NCBI GenBank assembly: GCA_035294325.1
Contig: DATGLE010000066.1
Coordinates: 32,958-96,957 of the forward strand
DNA from: Ktedonobacteraceae bacterium
GTDB lineage: Bacteria > Chloroflexota > Ktedonobacteria > Ktedonobacterales > Ktedonobacteraceae
DNA length: 64,000 bases
Reading direction: 5' to 3'
The position numbers were made by a program, and so were the translations under genes. Each line of letters starts with the position of its first letter. Position 1 is the stretch's first letter. The notes below the pieces were generated by a model that saw nothing but the letters and a program-made list of their open reading frames with translations, was not told where the DNA came from and ran no database searches. Shown piece after piece: positions 29,587-39,748 of the stretch.

Positions 29587-30159
29587 ATGCCAACACGTAT
29601 TATTATTGCAGATGATGAAGCTATTCAGCGTATGGACCTGAAGGACGTGCTGTCCAAGCAGGGCTACCTCGTGATCGGGGAAGCGGGCGATGGGCAGAGC
29701 GCCGTCAATCTGGCGCGCGAACTGCGGCCAGATCTGGTTATGATGGACATCCGTATGCCTGACATGGATGGCATTGCCGCCGCCGAAACTCTGACGCAGG
29801 AAAAGATTGCACCAGTGTTGCTGCTGACCGCTTTCGGAGACCAGCCCCTTGTTGAACGGGCAAAAGAGGCTGGTGTTGTTAACTATATCGTCAAGCCATT
29901 GCGCGAGAGTGAAGTTGCCCCGGCGATTGAAGTTGCTCTGGCACGGTACAACGAATTCCGCGCGATGGAGGATAAGGCGCGGACACTCTCCGAACAACTG
30001 GAGACGCGTAAGGTCGTTGAACGGGCCAAAGGACTCTTGATGGAGAAGCAGGGGCTGAGCGAACAGGAAGCCTTCCGCAAGATCCAGAAGGCCAGCATGA
30101 ACAACCGTAAATCGATGCGGGAGGTAGCTGAAGCCATCCTGTTGACCAACGAAATGTAA
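29587..30159 (+). CDS. ANTAR-domain response regulator (REC + ANTAR, AmiR/NasT-like)
   Basis: Receiver domain with Asp pocket (DDEAIQRMDL...MMDIRMPDMDG). C-terminal ANTAR helix bundle (VVERAKGLLMEKQGLSEQEAFRKIQKASMNNRKSMREVAEAIL). Confidence 0.85.
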   Translation: MPTRIIIADDEAIQRMDLKDVLSKQGYLVIGEAGDGQSAVNLARELRPDLVMMDIRMPDMDGIAAAETLTQEKIAPVLLLTAFGDQPLVERAKEAGVVNYIVKPLRESEVAPAIEVALARYNEFRAMEDKARTLSEQLETRKVVERAKGLLMEKQGLSEQEAFRKIQKASMNNRKSMREVAEAILLTNEM

Positions 30160-30267
30160 GCGGATGCGCAGGGATGTAGCAATGAAGCTGCATCCTCTTC
30201 GCCTGCTGCACGCTCGACAGGCTTTTTGGGGAGACGAGAAGGTCCTAACCTGGGATTGAGAGTGAAC

Positions 30268-31239
30268 ATGTCATCGGCGACGACTACAGAAAAGACCGTT
30301 ACTATCGTCGGCATTCGCTTCCGGCCAGCAGGGCGTATCTACTATTTTGACCCGCAGGGACAAACCTTCACCAACGGTCAGTACGTGATCGTAGAAACGG
30401 TGCGAGGAGTCGAGGCGGGGCGTGTTGTTATTGCCTCAAAAAAAGTAGCCGAGGAAGACCTGACCGATCCACTCAAACCCGTTCTGCGCCTGGCTTCCGA
30501 GGATGAACTGCGTATGATGCTCTCCTTCAAGAGCAAAGAGAAGGAAGCCCTTGTTCGCTGCGCGGAACGCATTCGCCAGCACAACCTCCCCATGAAGCTC
30601 GTAGAGTCCGAATACACCTTTGATGGCAGTCGTCTGACCTTCTATTTCACAGCGGATGAGCGCGTTGATTTTCGCGCGCTGGTCCGTGATCTTGCTGCGA
30701 CCTTTCGCACCCGCATAGAATTGCGCCAGATTGGAGCGCGCGACCAGGCAAAGTTGCAGGGCGGCGTCGGTCCATGTGGCAAAACGCTCTGCTGCAGCTC
30801 ATGGATCACCGAATTCGGCATCGTTTCGATCAAGATGGCAAAAGAGCAGGGACTCCCTCTCAACCCTGCGAAAATCTCCGGCGTCTGTGGCCGCCTGTTG
30901 TGCTGCCTCTCTTACGAAAACGATAACTACATCCGTGCCAAGCAGCAGATGCCACAGATCGGAACCATGCTCAACACGCCCAGCGGGCCGGGCAAGGTCG
31001 TCTCCATCAATGTGCCGCGCAATTCAGTTGAGGTAATGCTGGAGAGCGGAGTCACGATCCAGATCCCGGTCAACCAGCTGGCGGAGAAGAAAAGCAGCGA
31101 GCGGTGCAGTTGTGGCAAAGAGAACTGCACCTGCGATCAGGGCGGTGGCTGCGGTACATGCTCACGAGCAGGCAACACAGGTAATCCGGGTGGTAGCAAG
31201 TGCTGTAACTCCTGTAGTTACAACAAGAAGAAATCTTGA
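30268..31239 (+). CDS. PSP1 C-terminal-domain protein (YaaT/RicT-like) with Cys-rich C-terminus
   Basis: N-terminus VGIRFRPAGRIYYFD is typical of the YaaT family. C-terminal CSCGKENCTCDQGGGCGTCS...CCNSCS Cys cluster. Confidence 0.8.
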   Translation: MSSATTTEKTVTIVGIRFRPAGRIYYFDPQGQTFTNGQYVIVETVRGVEAGRVVIASKKVAEEDLTDPLKPVLRLASEDELRMMLSFKSKEKEALVRCAERIRQHNLPMKLVESEYTFDGSRLTFYFTADERVDFRALVRDLAATFRTRIELRQIGARDQAKLQGGVGPCGKTLCCSSWITEFGIVSIKMAKEQGLPLNPAKISGVCGRLLCCLSYENDNYIRAKQQMPQIGTMLNTPSGPGKVVSINVPRNSVEVMLESGVTIQIPVNQLAEKKSSERCSCGKENCTCDQGGGCGTCSRAGNTGNPGGSKCCNSCSYNKKKS

Positions 31240-32744
31240 ACGAGAGGAAGGTATGTATGTCGTCTGACGGGAAGGAGCCGGGAGCCACATGGCAGGGGCC
31301 TGAGCAATCGGGCTGGCGCCGGTCTTTCGACCAGGAGGCGCAGGACGATCTACCAGCGCTCTCCGAGCAGCAGCGACAGGAAGAGGTGCTGCAATGGCAC
31401 ACCCCTGTGGCAGCGGAGGAGGACGAGCCGTATGCGGAGAGCGCAGAGGTAGCTTCGCCTCCCCCCGGCCTGCTGAGCCAGTTCAAGCAATATTTCACGC
31501 TCATGGTGGTGCCGCTGCTCTTCGGCGCACTTACCTGCCTGTTTGTCCTGCCGCTGGTGGCGACAGGACGCGCCCAGATCCCCTCGACGGGACTCTGGCT
31601 GGTAACGCTCGTCATTATTCTTATTGTGATAGCACAGGCCATCGCCATCTATTATGCTGGCGAGAATACCGGTCTGTGGGTGCTTACGACTGTGGGCGGC
31701 TTTTTCCTCTTCTTGCTGGTCGGCTGTTTTACCATCTTCGGCCTGACGCCGGGCATTACGCTTTTCGTGATCCTGGTCGCAATCTCCGTGGCTCTGGGTC
31801 GCCTCTACATCCGCTCCGTCCCCCAGGGCTACGTTGATCTCGTCTATACCTTTGGCAAGTACAGCCGCACCCTTTATCCCGGCTTCAACGTCCTTTTTCC
31901 CTGGGAAAAGGTGCGCCAGCACCTGCATGTGGAAGAAATACAATGGCTCTGCCCGGCGCAGAGGGTGCAGATGTCACGCGACGAGGACCTTATTCTGCGC
32001 GCGATCATCTCGTACCGCCTGCTCCCCGAAGATGCTCACCTGGCCGCGACCCAGGTTGACCACTGGGAAGAGCGCCTGCGCGAACTCTTCAAGACGGCCC
32101 TCCAGAGTATTGCCACGACCTTCACGCCCGACGATTTCATCCCCTGGCCGCATGGCCTGCATCAAGATACAACCGATACCACGCCGCGCTGGGAACGTGT
32201 GAATACCTACCTGCTCCACTATATGCAGGACCGCGTTGCGCTCTGGGGCGTGCAGATCAACCGGGTTCAGATACGCGATATCACGCTCGCTCCGCATGAT
32301 ACCTTTATGAGCGACACAGAACCGCTCAAGGAGCCGCCAATGCCGGATAGCAAGCCACCCTCACCCCCGGAGGTCTCCAGGCCCAGAGAACCCGAGCCGG
32401 TGCATCCGGTTCCTGCCCGTCAGCCCATGCCTGACAACGCCGTTCCGCCAGCCGAGCCGATCAAAGAAGAGGTGCTTATCAAGGCGTATAAAGAAGTGCA
32501 GAACGGCAATGTTACCGATCCCGAGACGATCCGCCGCCTGGCCCTGAAATTCGATGCCATTGCCAGAGATCCGCATGCCAGCCAGACCGTGAGCTTCGAT
32601 GCCGCGCGCGCCGCCCTTAACCTCTACCGTCAGGCCACCAGATACGAAGAGATATCCGGTGAGCAGGGCTTCCACGACGAGGCGACAAAGCCAGATTGGA
32701 GCATGCGCCGCGCCAGCGATGAAAACCTCATGGCCGGAGGATAA
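31236..32744 (+). CDS. SPFH/band-7 domain membrane protein with long disordered Pro-rich C-terminus
   Basis: Four TM helices, then an SPFH-like core (VDLVYTFGKYSRTLYPGFNVLFPWEKV ... QVDHWEERLRELFKTALQ). Start overlaps the PSP1 stop. The alternative start MSSDGKEP at 31257 is possible. Confidence 0.6.
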   Translation: MNERKVCMSSDGKEPGATWQGPEQSGWRRSFDQEAQDDLPALSEQQRQEEVLQWHTPVAAEEDEPYAESAEVASPPPGLLSQFKQYFTLMVVPLLFGALTCLFVLPLVATGRAQIPSTGLWLVTLVIILIVIAQAIAIYYAGENTGLWVLTTVGGFFLFLLVGCFTIFGLTPGITLFVILVAISVALGRLYIRSVPQGYVDLVYTFGKYSRTLYPGFNVLFPWEKVRQHLHVEEIQWLCPAQRVQMSRDEDLILRAIISYRLLPEDAHLAATQVDHWEERLRELFKTALQSIATTFTPDDFIPWPHGLHQDTTDTTPRWERVNTYLLHYMQDRVALWGVQINRVQIRDITLAPHDTFMSDTEPLKEPPMPDSKPPSPPEVSRPREPEPVHPVPARQPMPDNAVPPAEPIKEEVLIKAYKEVQNGNVTDPETIRRLALKFDAIARDPHASQTVSFDAARAALNLYRQATRYEEISGEQGFHDEATKPDWSMRRASDENLMAGG

Positions 32745-32900
32745 GAGGCAGGGTTTACCCCTGCCTCTACGTTCCTTGATGGCGAACGCCTCTGACCTGT
32801 AGAGATGGGGCTTGCCCCCATCTTCAGATCGATTGCGCTCCTGTTTCCACCAGCCCCCCACCTCGACCCGGAGAGATGGGGCTTGCCCCCATCTTCACAG
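32745..32900. repeat. three REP-like hairpin elements (ggcagggtttacccctgcctctac ; tagagatggggcttgcccccatcttca x2)
   Basis: Same hairpin family, with compensatory variation in the stems. Between convergent genes. Confidence 0.7.
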
Positions 32901-33986
32901 TTCCTCGATTAGCGGCACGATGGCCTCATTAGCCCCGGCATTCCAGCGCCGGTAAGCATTGACGGTTGCGGCCATCGTGTGCAGCTTCGCGCGATTAGCG
33001 AGCAGTTCTCCGAGCAGCGCAAACTGCTGCTCGGGCGCGCATGCAACCCATCCCAGCTTATGGCGCTGGATAAACTCCAGGTTTGCCTCTTCCTGGCCGG
33101 GAATCCAGGTCGTGGCGATAAATGGCTTGCCCAGCATCACTGCCTCAAAGAGCATGTTCGGCCCGGCTTTGCCCATAACTACATCAGAGGCCGCCATAAA
33201 AGGCGCAATCTCGGCGGTAAATGGCAGCGCATAGAGATTCTCCACACCCTGAAAGCGCGCCCATAAGCGACGATTTGTCCCCGTCGCCAGAATCACCTGT
33301 ACATCTCTGCCAGCAGCCAGCACCCGTTCCACCGTGCGGCTAAAACGGGCCGCGCCCTCCCCGCCCCCCTGCAAAAAAACCGTGAAGCGATCAGGAGAGA
33401 GGCCCAGCCCGGCGAGCGTCTGAGAGCGCTGCGCTTCGCTACAACGCGAGAACTGCCCGCGCACGGGCCAGCCGACGAGATGCAGCCGTTCGGGAGCGAT
33501 TCCGGAGGCGAGGGACTGCTCGTATGTCTCACGCGTGGGGACCAGTATGGCCGCCGCATGGCACTCGCTAAGCCAGGTCGCATGCACCTTGCCGGGATCG
33601 GCGAAAAGCGCCACAAACGGAACCTGTAGGCGTTCCCGCTTGAGTGCCTGCGTTACCTCATACGTAAGAAGCGGATAGGTAGTAATAATGAGATCGGGCC
33701 GCACACGTTGTAACAGGGAGACCAGCGAGCCACCGAGCAAGCGCGAAAAGGCGCGATGGGTGAGCAGCGCCGTCCTGGGCGTATCGCTCAGGCGGAATTC
33801 AGCCGACCAGAGCCAGAGCGCGTAGCGGCTCACCAGGCGATAGTGCAGGTGCAGGAAGTGCGGCTGCGGATCGACGATCTCAACATCGTGGATTGGCACG
33901 AGACGATCACGCAGAGCATGCGCCAGGCTGATATGGCCGCCGCCTGTGTAAGACGTGAGGATAAGAATGTTGCGTCGTTGCGCCAT
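32895..33986 (-). CDS. GT28-family glycosyltransferase, MGDG-synthase/UgtP-like diacylglycerol glycosyltransferase
   Basis: N-terminus ILILTSYTGGGHISLAHAL is the MGDG_synth motif. C-terminal GT-B domain. Confidence 0.75.
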   Translation of the reverse strand: MAQRRNILILTSYTGGGHISLAHALRDRLVPIHDVEIVDPQPHFLHLHYRLVSRYALWLWSAEFRLSDTPRTALLTHRAFSRLLGGSLVSLLQRVRPDLIITTYPLLTYEVTQALKRERLQVPFVALFADPGKVHATWLSECHAAAILVPTRETYEQSLASGIAPERLHLVGWPVRGQFSRCSEAQRSQTLAGLGLSPDRFTVFLQGGGEGAARFSRTVERVLAAGRDVQVILATGTNRRLWARFQGVENLYALPFTAEIAPFMAASDVVMGKAGPNMLFEAVMLGKPFIATTWIPGQEEANLEFIQRHKLGWVACAPEQQFALLGELLANRAKLHTMAATVNAYRRWNAGANEAIVPLIEEL

Positions 33987-34089
33987 AGATCGTCCTTGCG
34001 ACTGGCAATAGTTCTTGGCATAGACACAGCCATATGCTACAATGGTTGTAACATAAGATGACTATTTCTTTCTAACCCTGACCGCGCTT

Positions 34090-34175
34090 CGAGAATGAGC
34101 ACAAGGCAGGGGCAAGCCCTGCCTCTACACACCCACCCTCACGAGGCGTAATGTAGAGACGAGGCTTGCCCTCGT
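34090..34175. repeat. REP-like hairpin pair (ggcaggggcaagccctgcctctaca ... aatgtagagacgaggcttgccctcgtct)
   Basis: Same family. Sits in the divergent/upstream region of the alpha/beta hydrolase gene. Confidence 0.7.
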
Positions 34176-34218
34176 CTGGTTACATTCATGACCAAACGTT
34201 TATTAACGGGAAGTTACT

Positions 34219-35115
34219 ATGTTACGTTATCGGCTAGAAGGAAATGGAGCGCCGCTGCTCCTCATTCATGGCTGGGGGATGACCTACACAATATGGCAGA
34301 ATCTCGCTCCGCTGCTCCAACCATATTTTCAGCTTATCATGGTCGAATTGCCAGGACTCGGCGGTTCGCCGGAAATCAGCCCTGAGCAGCCCTACTACCC
34401 GGCCTGCGCCGAAGCTCTTGAAGAACTGCGCCAGACGCTAAACATCGGCCAGTGGTCCATTCTCGCCTACTCTTCGGGCACGCGCGCCGCCGAAGCATAC
34501 CTCCAGCGCTATGCGCAATATGTCAATAGAGCCGTCTTCCTGTGCCCCATTTACCTTACAGAAATATGCTCGCTCGGGATACGCCTGCTGCATGATGTCT
34601 ATCCCTTCCCCACGTTTACGCGCTGGCTCTTCTCAAAATGGCGCTTATACGGCCTGGTGCGCGCGCTCGGCTTCAACGGGCTGCACCACGATTACAGCCG
34701 CACCTGGAAGAACGAGATCGAACTCCAGCCCACCGATATTCTCGTGCGCTCGTTGTGTGAGCTTCCGGGACGCGGGCGCGCGCCTTTCAACCTGCCCGCC
34801 GTTCCCACACTCTTCGTCTGGGGGAGCCGGGATGCGCTGACAGCGCGCCCACGTCGCCCGCGCCCTAACGATGTGTTTATCCCCACCACCCACGGCGCGC
34901 CCATGCTGGCCGCATCCAGTATCGCGGCGGTAGTGGTGCCTTTTCTGGCTGAGGGGAAGCTGACCTCGGTCACGAGGCGCGACGATTGGGGACAGCGGCG
35001 CTTTAAAAGTCCCCTCCGTGGCCGTACAAGGATACGTTCGGGCGCGCAGCTTTTAAATCGCACGGAGCAAAAGGCGCGGCGCCTGCGCAGGACGCCCCCC
35101 GGGACGCGCACATGA
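34219..35115 (+). CDS. alpha/beta-fold hydrolase
   Basis: LLLIHGWG oxyanion motif and a nucleophile elbow AYSSGTRAA (GxSxG-like). Confidence 0.75.
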   Translation: MLRYRLEGNGAPLLLIHGWGMTYTIWQNLAPLLQPYFQLIMVELPGLGGSPEISPEQPYYPACAEALEELRQTLNIGQWSILAYSSGTRAAEAYLQRYAQYVNRAVFLCPIYLTEICSLGIRLLHDVYPFPTFTRWLFSKWRLYGLVRALGFNGLHHDYSRTWKNEIELQPTDILVRSLCELPGRGRAPFNLPAVPTLFVWGSRDALTARPRRPRPNDVFIPTTHGAPMLAASSIAAVVVPFLAEGKLTSVTRRDDWGQRRFKSPLRGRTRIRSGAQLLNRTEQKARRLRRTPPGTRT

Positions 35116-35149
35116 ACGGCGCCGCAAAAATATAGTAATCTATACCGCC

Positions 35150-35665
35150 CTACTGTGAGGCCATCAGTGCGGATTGCTCCGCTTTCTCATGCTCACCTAT
35201 CGAGCGCAGGCTCGCAAGCTCCTCGTCAGAGAGCGTCGCATTCGTTCTGGGATTGAACACAGCATCATCACGCCCACAATAGTACAGGCTGCGCCAGGCC
35301 GTCATCGCCCGGTCCCACGCCGGGTAGCGCAGTGTTGCCTCGTTATCGCCTTTGACTACGCGCTGGAAAGCGATAAAGCTCAATACCAGAGCTGTCAGGA
35401 TGCATGCCAGAATGATGCAGACGATTGCGATCTCACCGCCCAGGTCGAGGACACCGGTGCTCGCAATGACGATGATAGCAAAAGAGCCGATGCCAACAAG
35501 GAGAACGCTGATAAACATGTACAACAGCATGGGAACGTTTCTGGTCGGCATATCCGGCGGAGCACAGCGCGTCACTCCGGATTCGAAGGCGGCCTGCATC
35601 GTCCTGACGCGATCCGACTTATGGCACACCGGGCACGATGGTTTCTGGCTTTCAGCAGATGCCAT
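35150..35665 (-). CDS. hypothetical membrane protein with N-terminal CPVCH zinc-ribbon-like motif
   Basis: CPVCHKSDRV ... C, plus two TM helices. Confidence 0.4.
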   Translation of the reverse strand: MASAESQKPSCPVCHKSDRVRTMQAAFESGVTRCAPPDMPTRNVPMLLYMFISVLLVGIGSFAIIVIASTGVLDLGGEIAIVCIILACILTALVLSFIAFQRVVKGDNEATLRYPAWDRAMTAWRSLYYCGRDDAVFNPRTNATLSDEELASLRSIGEHEKAEQSALMASQ

Positions 35666-36020
35666 ATATCACAACCTCCTTATGATGCAACAAGGGTGAG
35701 ACCTTTTACGGTCCCGTTGATCTAAGCATAGCACGTTGTTGGCTTTTCGACAATGTTATAATCTTCATGACCATGGCTTTATAGTTTCTGGACATAGCCC
35801 CTGGTAGAAAGTTTGATTCTCAGCACTCTCGCTCGCTCTTCCCTGACACTCGCGCGGCTCCGCCGCGCAATAGAGTTTTTGAGTGGTGTGGGACAGGCGC
35901 TCCGCGCCTGTCCCACACCACTCAAAAACTAAGGCGAGCGCCGCAGGCGTGAGCAAGCGAGCAGTCCGGGGATCAGACATATTCTGACAACCACTGGAGA
36001 GTAAAGGATTTTTATTAGAT

Positions 36021-37532
36021 ATGACGACGGCAGCTATTACTATTCTGGGATTGGGGCCTGGCAGCATCAACGATCTTACCAGGCAGGCATACGACATACT
36101 ACAACAGGCAGCGCATAATAATCAGAGCGTCTATCTTCGCACCATCCTTCACCCCACAGTAGAGGACCTGCGGCGCGCGCTGCCCACTCTACACATCGAA
36201 TCGTTTGACAGCATCTACGATGAGTCGGAGGAGTGGGACACGCTCTACCGGCGTATCGCGGAGGAGGTTTGCCGGCAGGGCGAGCAGCAGCCCATCATCT
36301 ATGCTGTGCCGGGGCATCCACTGATCGGCGAAGCTACCGTGCAGCTCGTCCGGCAAATCGCACGCGAACGCGGCTTGAGCACAACCATTGTCGCGGGCCT
36401 CTCGTTTCTGGAGCCTGTCTGCACGCTGCTGGATCTCGATCCCTTCGCGGATGGCATGCAGCTCATCGATGCCACTATGCTCACGGGGATCGGGAGCGAC
36501 GAGATCGCGGGCAAGATTATTCCCACCCTCCCGCTGCTGGTCGCCCAGGTGTATAATCGCCGCTTCGCCAGCGCGGTAAAGCTGGCGCTGAGCGAGTGCT
36601 ATCCCGATGAATGGCCGGTGAAGCTGGTGCGGGCGGCGGGCCTGAGCAGCGAGGAAGCGGTCATCGAGATGCCGCTGTACGAGCTTGATCGCCACAGCCA
36701 CGCCAATCACCTCAGCACGCTCTACGTCCCGCCGCTCGGCCCGCTGGAGGCTCTGCGCCTCCCCGAAACGCTGCGCTACATCACCATGCGCCTGCGCCGC
36801 GATCCTGATGGCTGCCCGTGGGACCGCGAGCAGACGCACCAGAGCCTCATCCACTATGTGATTGAGGAGACCTACGAGGTTGTGGAGGCGCTGGAAGAAA
36901 ACGATATGGAGAAGCTGGCGGAGGAACTCGGCGATCTGCTGCTCCAGGTCTACCTGCACGCCGAGATCGCGCGGCAGGAAGGCGCTTTCGCCATCGGCGA
37001 CGTGTTCGAGCATGTGAATGCCAAGCTGATCCGCCGTCACCCCCATGTCTTCGGCGATGTCGAGGTCGAGAACGCCGGGCAGGTCGTACAGAACTGGGAG
37101 GCAATCAAACGCCAGGAGCGCATCAAAGCGGGCAAGGATGTGGAGCGGGAGAGCATACTTGACCGCATGCCGCTCGCGTCGCCCGCGCTGATCGTGGCAC
37201 AGGAGTACCAGAAGCGCGTCGCCAGAACCGGCTTTGAATTTACCACCATCGAGCGCGTCTATGCCAAGCTTGAGGAAGAACTGCGGGAATTGCGCGAGGC
37301 GACGACCCCGGAAGAGCAGATCGAAGAGGTCGGCGACCTTCTCTTCATGATCGCCAAAATCGCGCGCTGGCTGAAAGTAGACGCGGAAGAGGCTTTACGC
37401 CGGGCCAACCGCAAGTTTCGCCGGCGTTTCCAGGCGATGGAAGAATTCGCGCGCCAGGAGGGGCGCGCACTCTCCTCCTACAACTCGCAGGAGTGGAGCA
37501 CGCTGTGGCAGCGCGCTAAAAAAGAGGTGTAG
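36021..37532 (+). CDS. tetrapyrrole-methylase-like / MazG nucleoside triphosphate pyrophosphohydrolase fusion (YabN-type)
   Basis: N-terminus ITILGLGPGSINDLT is methylase-like. C-terminal MazG EExxE motifs (EETYEVVEALEE ... ELGDLLLQV ; second repeat EELRELREA...EEVGDLLFMI). Confidence 0.85.
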   Translation: MTTAAITILGLGPGSINDLTRQAYDILQQAAHNNQSVYLRTILHPTVEDLRRALPTLHIESFDSIYDESEEWDTLYRRIAEEVCRQGEQQPIIYAVPGHPLIGEATVQLVRQIARERGLSTTIVAGLSFLEPVCTLLDLDPFADGMQLIDATMLTGIGSDEIAGKIIPTLPLLVAQVYNRRFASAVKLALSECYPDEWPVKLVRAAGLSSEEAVIEMPLYELDRHSHANHLSTLYVPPLGPLEALRLPETLRYITMRLRRDPDGCPWDREQTHQSLIHYVIEETYEVVEALEENDMEKLAEELGDLLLQVYLHAEIARQEGAFAIGDVFEHVNAKLIRRHPHVFGDVEVENAGQVVQNWEAIKRQERIKAGKDVERESILDRMPLASPALIVAQEYQKRVARTGFEFTTIERVYAKLEEELRELREATTPEEQIEEVGDLLFMIAKIARWLKVDAEEALRRANRKFRRRFQAMEEFARQEGRALSSYNSQEWSTLWQRAKKEV

Positions 37533-37710
37533 CAGCTCCCCTTTTTGTCTTCACAGATAAAGATAACCGACTGGTCAGTTATTGACAGGGCGCCCCCTTT
37601 TCGTTACAATAATAACTGGCTGGTCAGTTATTATTGTTGTATTGAGCGCCGCCGTCGTATTTTCACTGCGGCAAGGAAACTAACGATAAGTCTGTCTATA
37701 AGGGGGTTTT

Positions 37711-38214
37711 ATGTCCGTGCAAATCAAAGAAATGCGTTCTCCGCGAGGCGTAGCCCGCCTCCTCTGGCGTCTGCCTATCTGGCTGTATCGCCTCCATCTC
37801 GGCTGGCTGCTCCAGAGCCGCTTTCTCCTGCTCACGCATACCGGTCGCAAGAGTGGTCGGCCGCGCAAAACGGTTCTGGAAGTGATTCATTCCGACAAGG
37901 CAGCAGGGGAATATACAGTGTTTTCTGGTTGGGGAAAGCAATCCGACTGGGTGAAAAACGTTGAGAAAACCCCGCAGGTAATCATTCAGGTGGGGCAGCG
38001 CTCTTTGCGCGCCCGGGCGACCCGTCCAGGGCCGGAGGAAGCTGAAACGATACTACTCGCGTATGCGCGCAAATATCCGCGTCTGATCCATTTCGTTTTC
38101 CGCTTGCTTGGCTATCGGAGCAATGGAACAGAGGAAGATATACGTGCCATAGCCCGTCAGAGCACCATCATCACCTTTAAAGTCCTCCCCGCTTGCGCCG
38201 CGGGCAGCGAATGA
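37711..38214 (+). CDS. DUF385/PNPOx-like deazaflavin(F420)-dependent nitroreductase-family protein
   Basis: WLLQSRFLLLTHTGRKSGRPRKTVLEV is the diagnostic DUF385 core. Confidence 0.7.
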   Translation: MSVQIKEMRSPRGVARLLWRLPIWLYRLHLGWLLQSRFLLLTHTGRKSGRPRKTVLEVIHSDKAAGEYTVFSGWGKQSDWVKNVEKTPQVIIQVGQRSLRARATRPGPEEAETILLAYARKYPRLIHFVFRLLGYRSNGTEEDIRAIARQSTIITFKVLPACAAGSE

Positions 38215-38275
38215 GAGAAAATAGGCAGCGAAGCAGGGTAGAGCGAATTCGGGCGCCCGCAGCGCAAGCAAAGAG

Positions 38276-38890
38276 TTGGAGGTAGGCATGTCTCCCCGTC
38301 CCGATGTGAGTGAGGAACGCAAAAGTCAAATACTGGAAGCGGCCATCGCGGTTTTCGCGCGGCTCGGCTTTCAGCAAACGCGCATGGATGATATCGCCAG
38401 CCAGGCGGGCCTCTCCAAAGGCACACTCTATCTCTATTACAAAAGCAAGGACGCGGTTATTGGCGCGCTGCTTAAATACTTCTTTACCCAGGAATTCAAG
38501 CGCCTGCAAAGTTTTCTCGAAGCTGAGCGTCAGGAGCCGATTGCCGAGCAGATTATCCTCCTGACGCGCCAGCTTGCCTCGGCGATGCAATGGATGCAGC
38601 GGCTGATGCCGATTGCCTTCGAGTTTTATGCGCTGGCCGGGCGCGACGGAGAAGTACGCCAGTTCTTGCAGCAGTATTTCAAGACTTTCCGAGAAGCTCT
38701 GGCTCGCCTGATCCAGCGCGGCATCGAGCGCGGCGAGTTCCGCTCCGTGGATACCGAGGCTACCGCAATTACGCTGACAGCCCTCTATGAAGGGACGGCG
38801 CTGTTATATTTTGTGGACCCACAAGGGCTTTCCTGGCCCGAGCAACTCGAATTCTCCGTGCACTCGCTGCTGGAGGGCATACGCGCGTAG
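38276..38890 (+). CDS. TetR/AcrR-family transcriptional regulator
   Basis: HTH ILEAAIAVFARLGFQQTRMDDIASQAGLSKGTLYLYYKSKD. Confidence 0.85.
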   Translation: MEVGMSPRPDVSEERKSQILEAAIAVFARLGFQQTRMDDIASQAGLSKGTLYLYYKSKDAVIGALLKYFFTQEFKRLQSFLEAERQEPIAEQIILLTRQLASAMQWMQRLMPIAFEFYALAGRDGEVRQFLQQYFKTFREALARLIQRGIERGEFRSVDTEATAITLTALYEGTALLYFVDPQGLSWPEQLEFSVHSLLEGIRA

Positions 38891-39009
38891 CCCCGTCCTG
38901 TGCGTAGCTGCGCGATGATGAGGGTAACGATCAAAAGTGGTAAGTAAGCATGTCATCCTGAGCGGAGGCGAAGGATTATGAGGGTTGAACGGATGTTGTA
39001 GAATAGGCT

Positions 39010-39474
39010 ATGCGCAACGAACTCTTATCCTGGTTTGCACGCGAGGGCCTGCTGCTGACGAGTGCAACGACGGCAGCGGAGGACCCGGAACATGACGAAA
39101 TCAAGATCACGGTCAGGCCGCCACTGGTAGCGCTCAGTCGCGCCAGCAGTGACTTTCGTGAGTGCCCTGATCCCGTACTCTTCGGCTATCCCGAGTCCAG
39201 CCTGGAGATGATGACGCTGCAAGATATGCACGAGTTCGTCCTGGCCTGGTTAGAGCAGGCCATCATGGCCGGCATGGCGCGCTGTTTCGTCTGCAACCGT
39301 GTTCTGGATATGGGTACGGAGAGGCCGTGGGACGCTGTTTTTATTACCAGTGACATATACTGCTGGCTGCTGGTTCACTTCGACTGCAAGCGCTATCTCA
39401 ACCGCGAGCTTAAAGGGCGCAATCCCTTCGAAGTTACCAGCAGCGCACCCGAATTTTTTGACCTGTTACCATAG
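39010..39474 (+). CDS. hypothetical protein
   Basis: 154-aa ORF with no recognisable motif. Weak. Confidence 0.3.
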   Translation: MRNELLSWFAREGLLLTSATTAAEDPEHDEIKITVRPPLVALSRASSDFRECPDPVLFGYPESSLEMMTLQDMHEFVLAWLEQAIMAGMARCFVCNRVLDMGTERPWDAVFITSDIYCWLLVHFDCKRYLNRELKGRNPFEVTSSAPEFFDLLP

Positions 39475-39748
39475 TTAACCCGATATGCACGTCCGGGGAC
39501 GCCGGCTACGGGTCCTCGATGGTGTGGTTTGTGGACACAATGCCAGCGGCGCTGTGTCCACAAACCACACAGGCGAACCGCTGCGCGGTTCGCCGTCAGC
39601 AAGACCTGCATAGTATTAGTTAACCCCATGTGCATGTTTTTGGGCGCCTGCGGCGCTGTGCCCGCAGGCTCTTCATCCTGGCGTGCGCCGCAGCGGTGAA
39701 CCATCAGCGAAACTTGCACATAGCATTAGTTAGAAGGCAGGGACCGGC

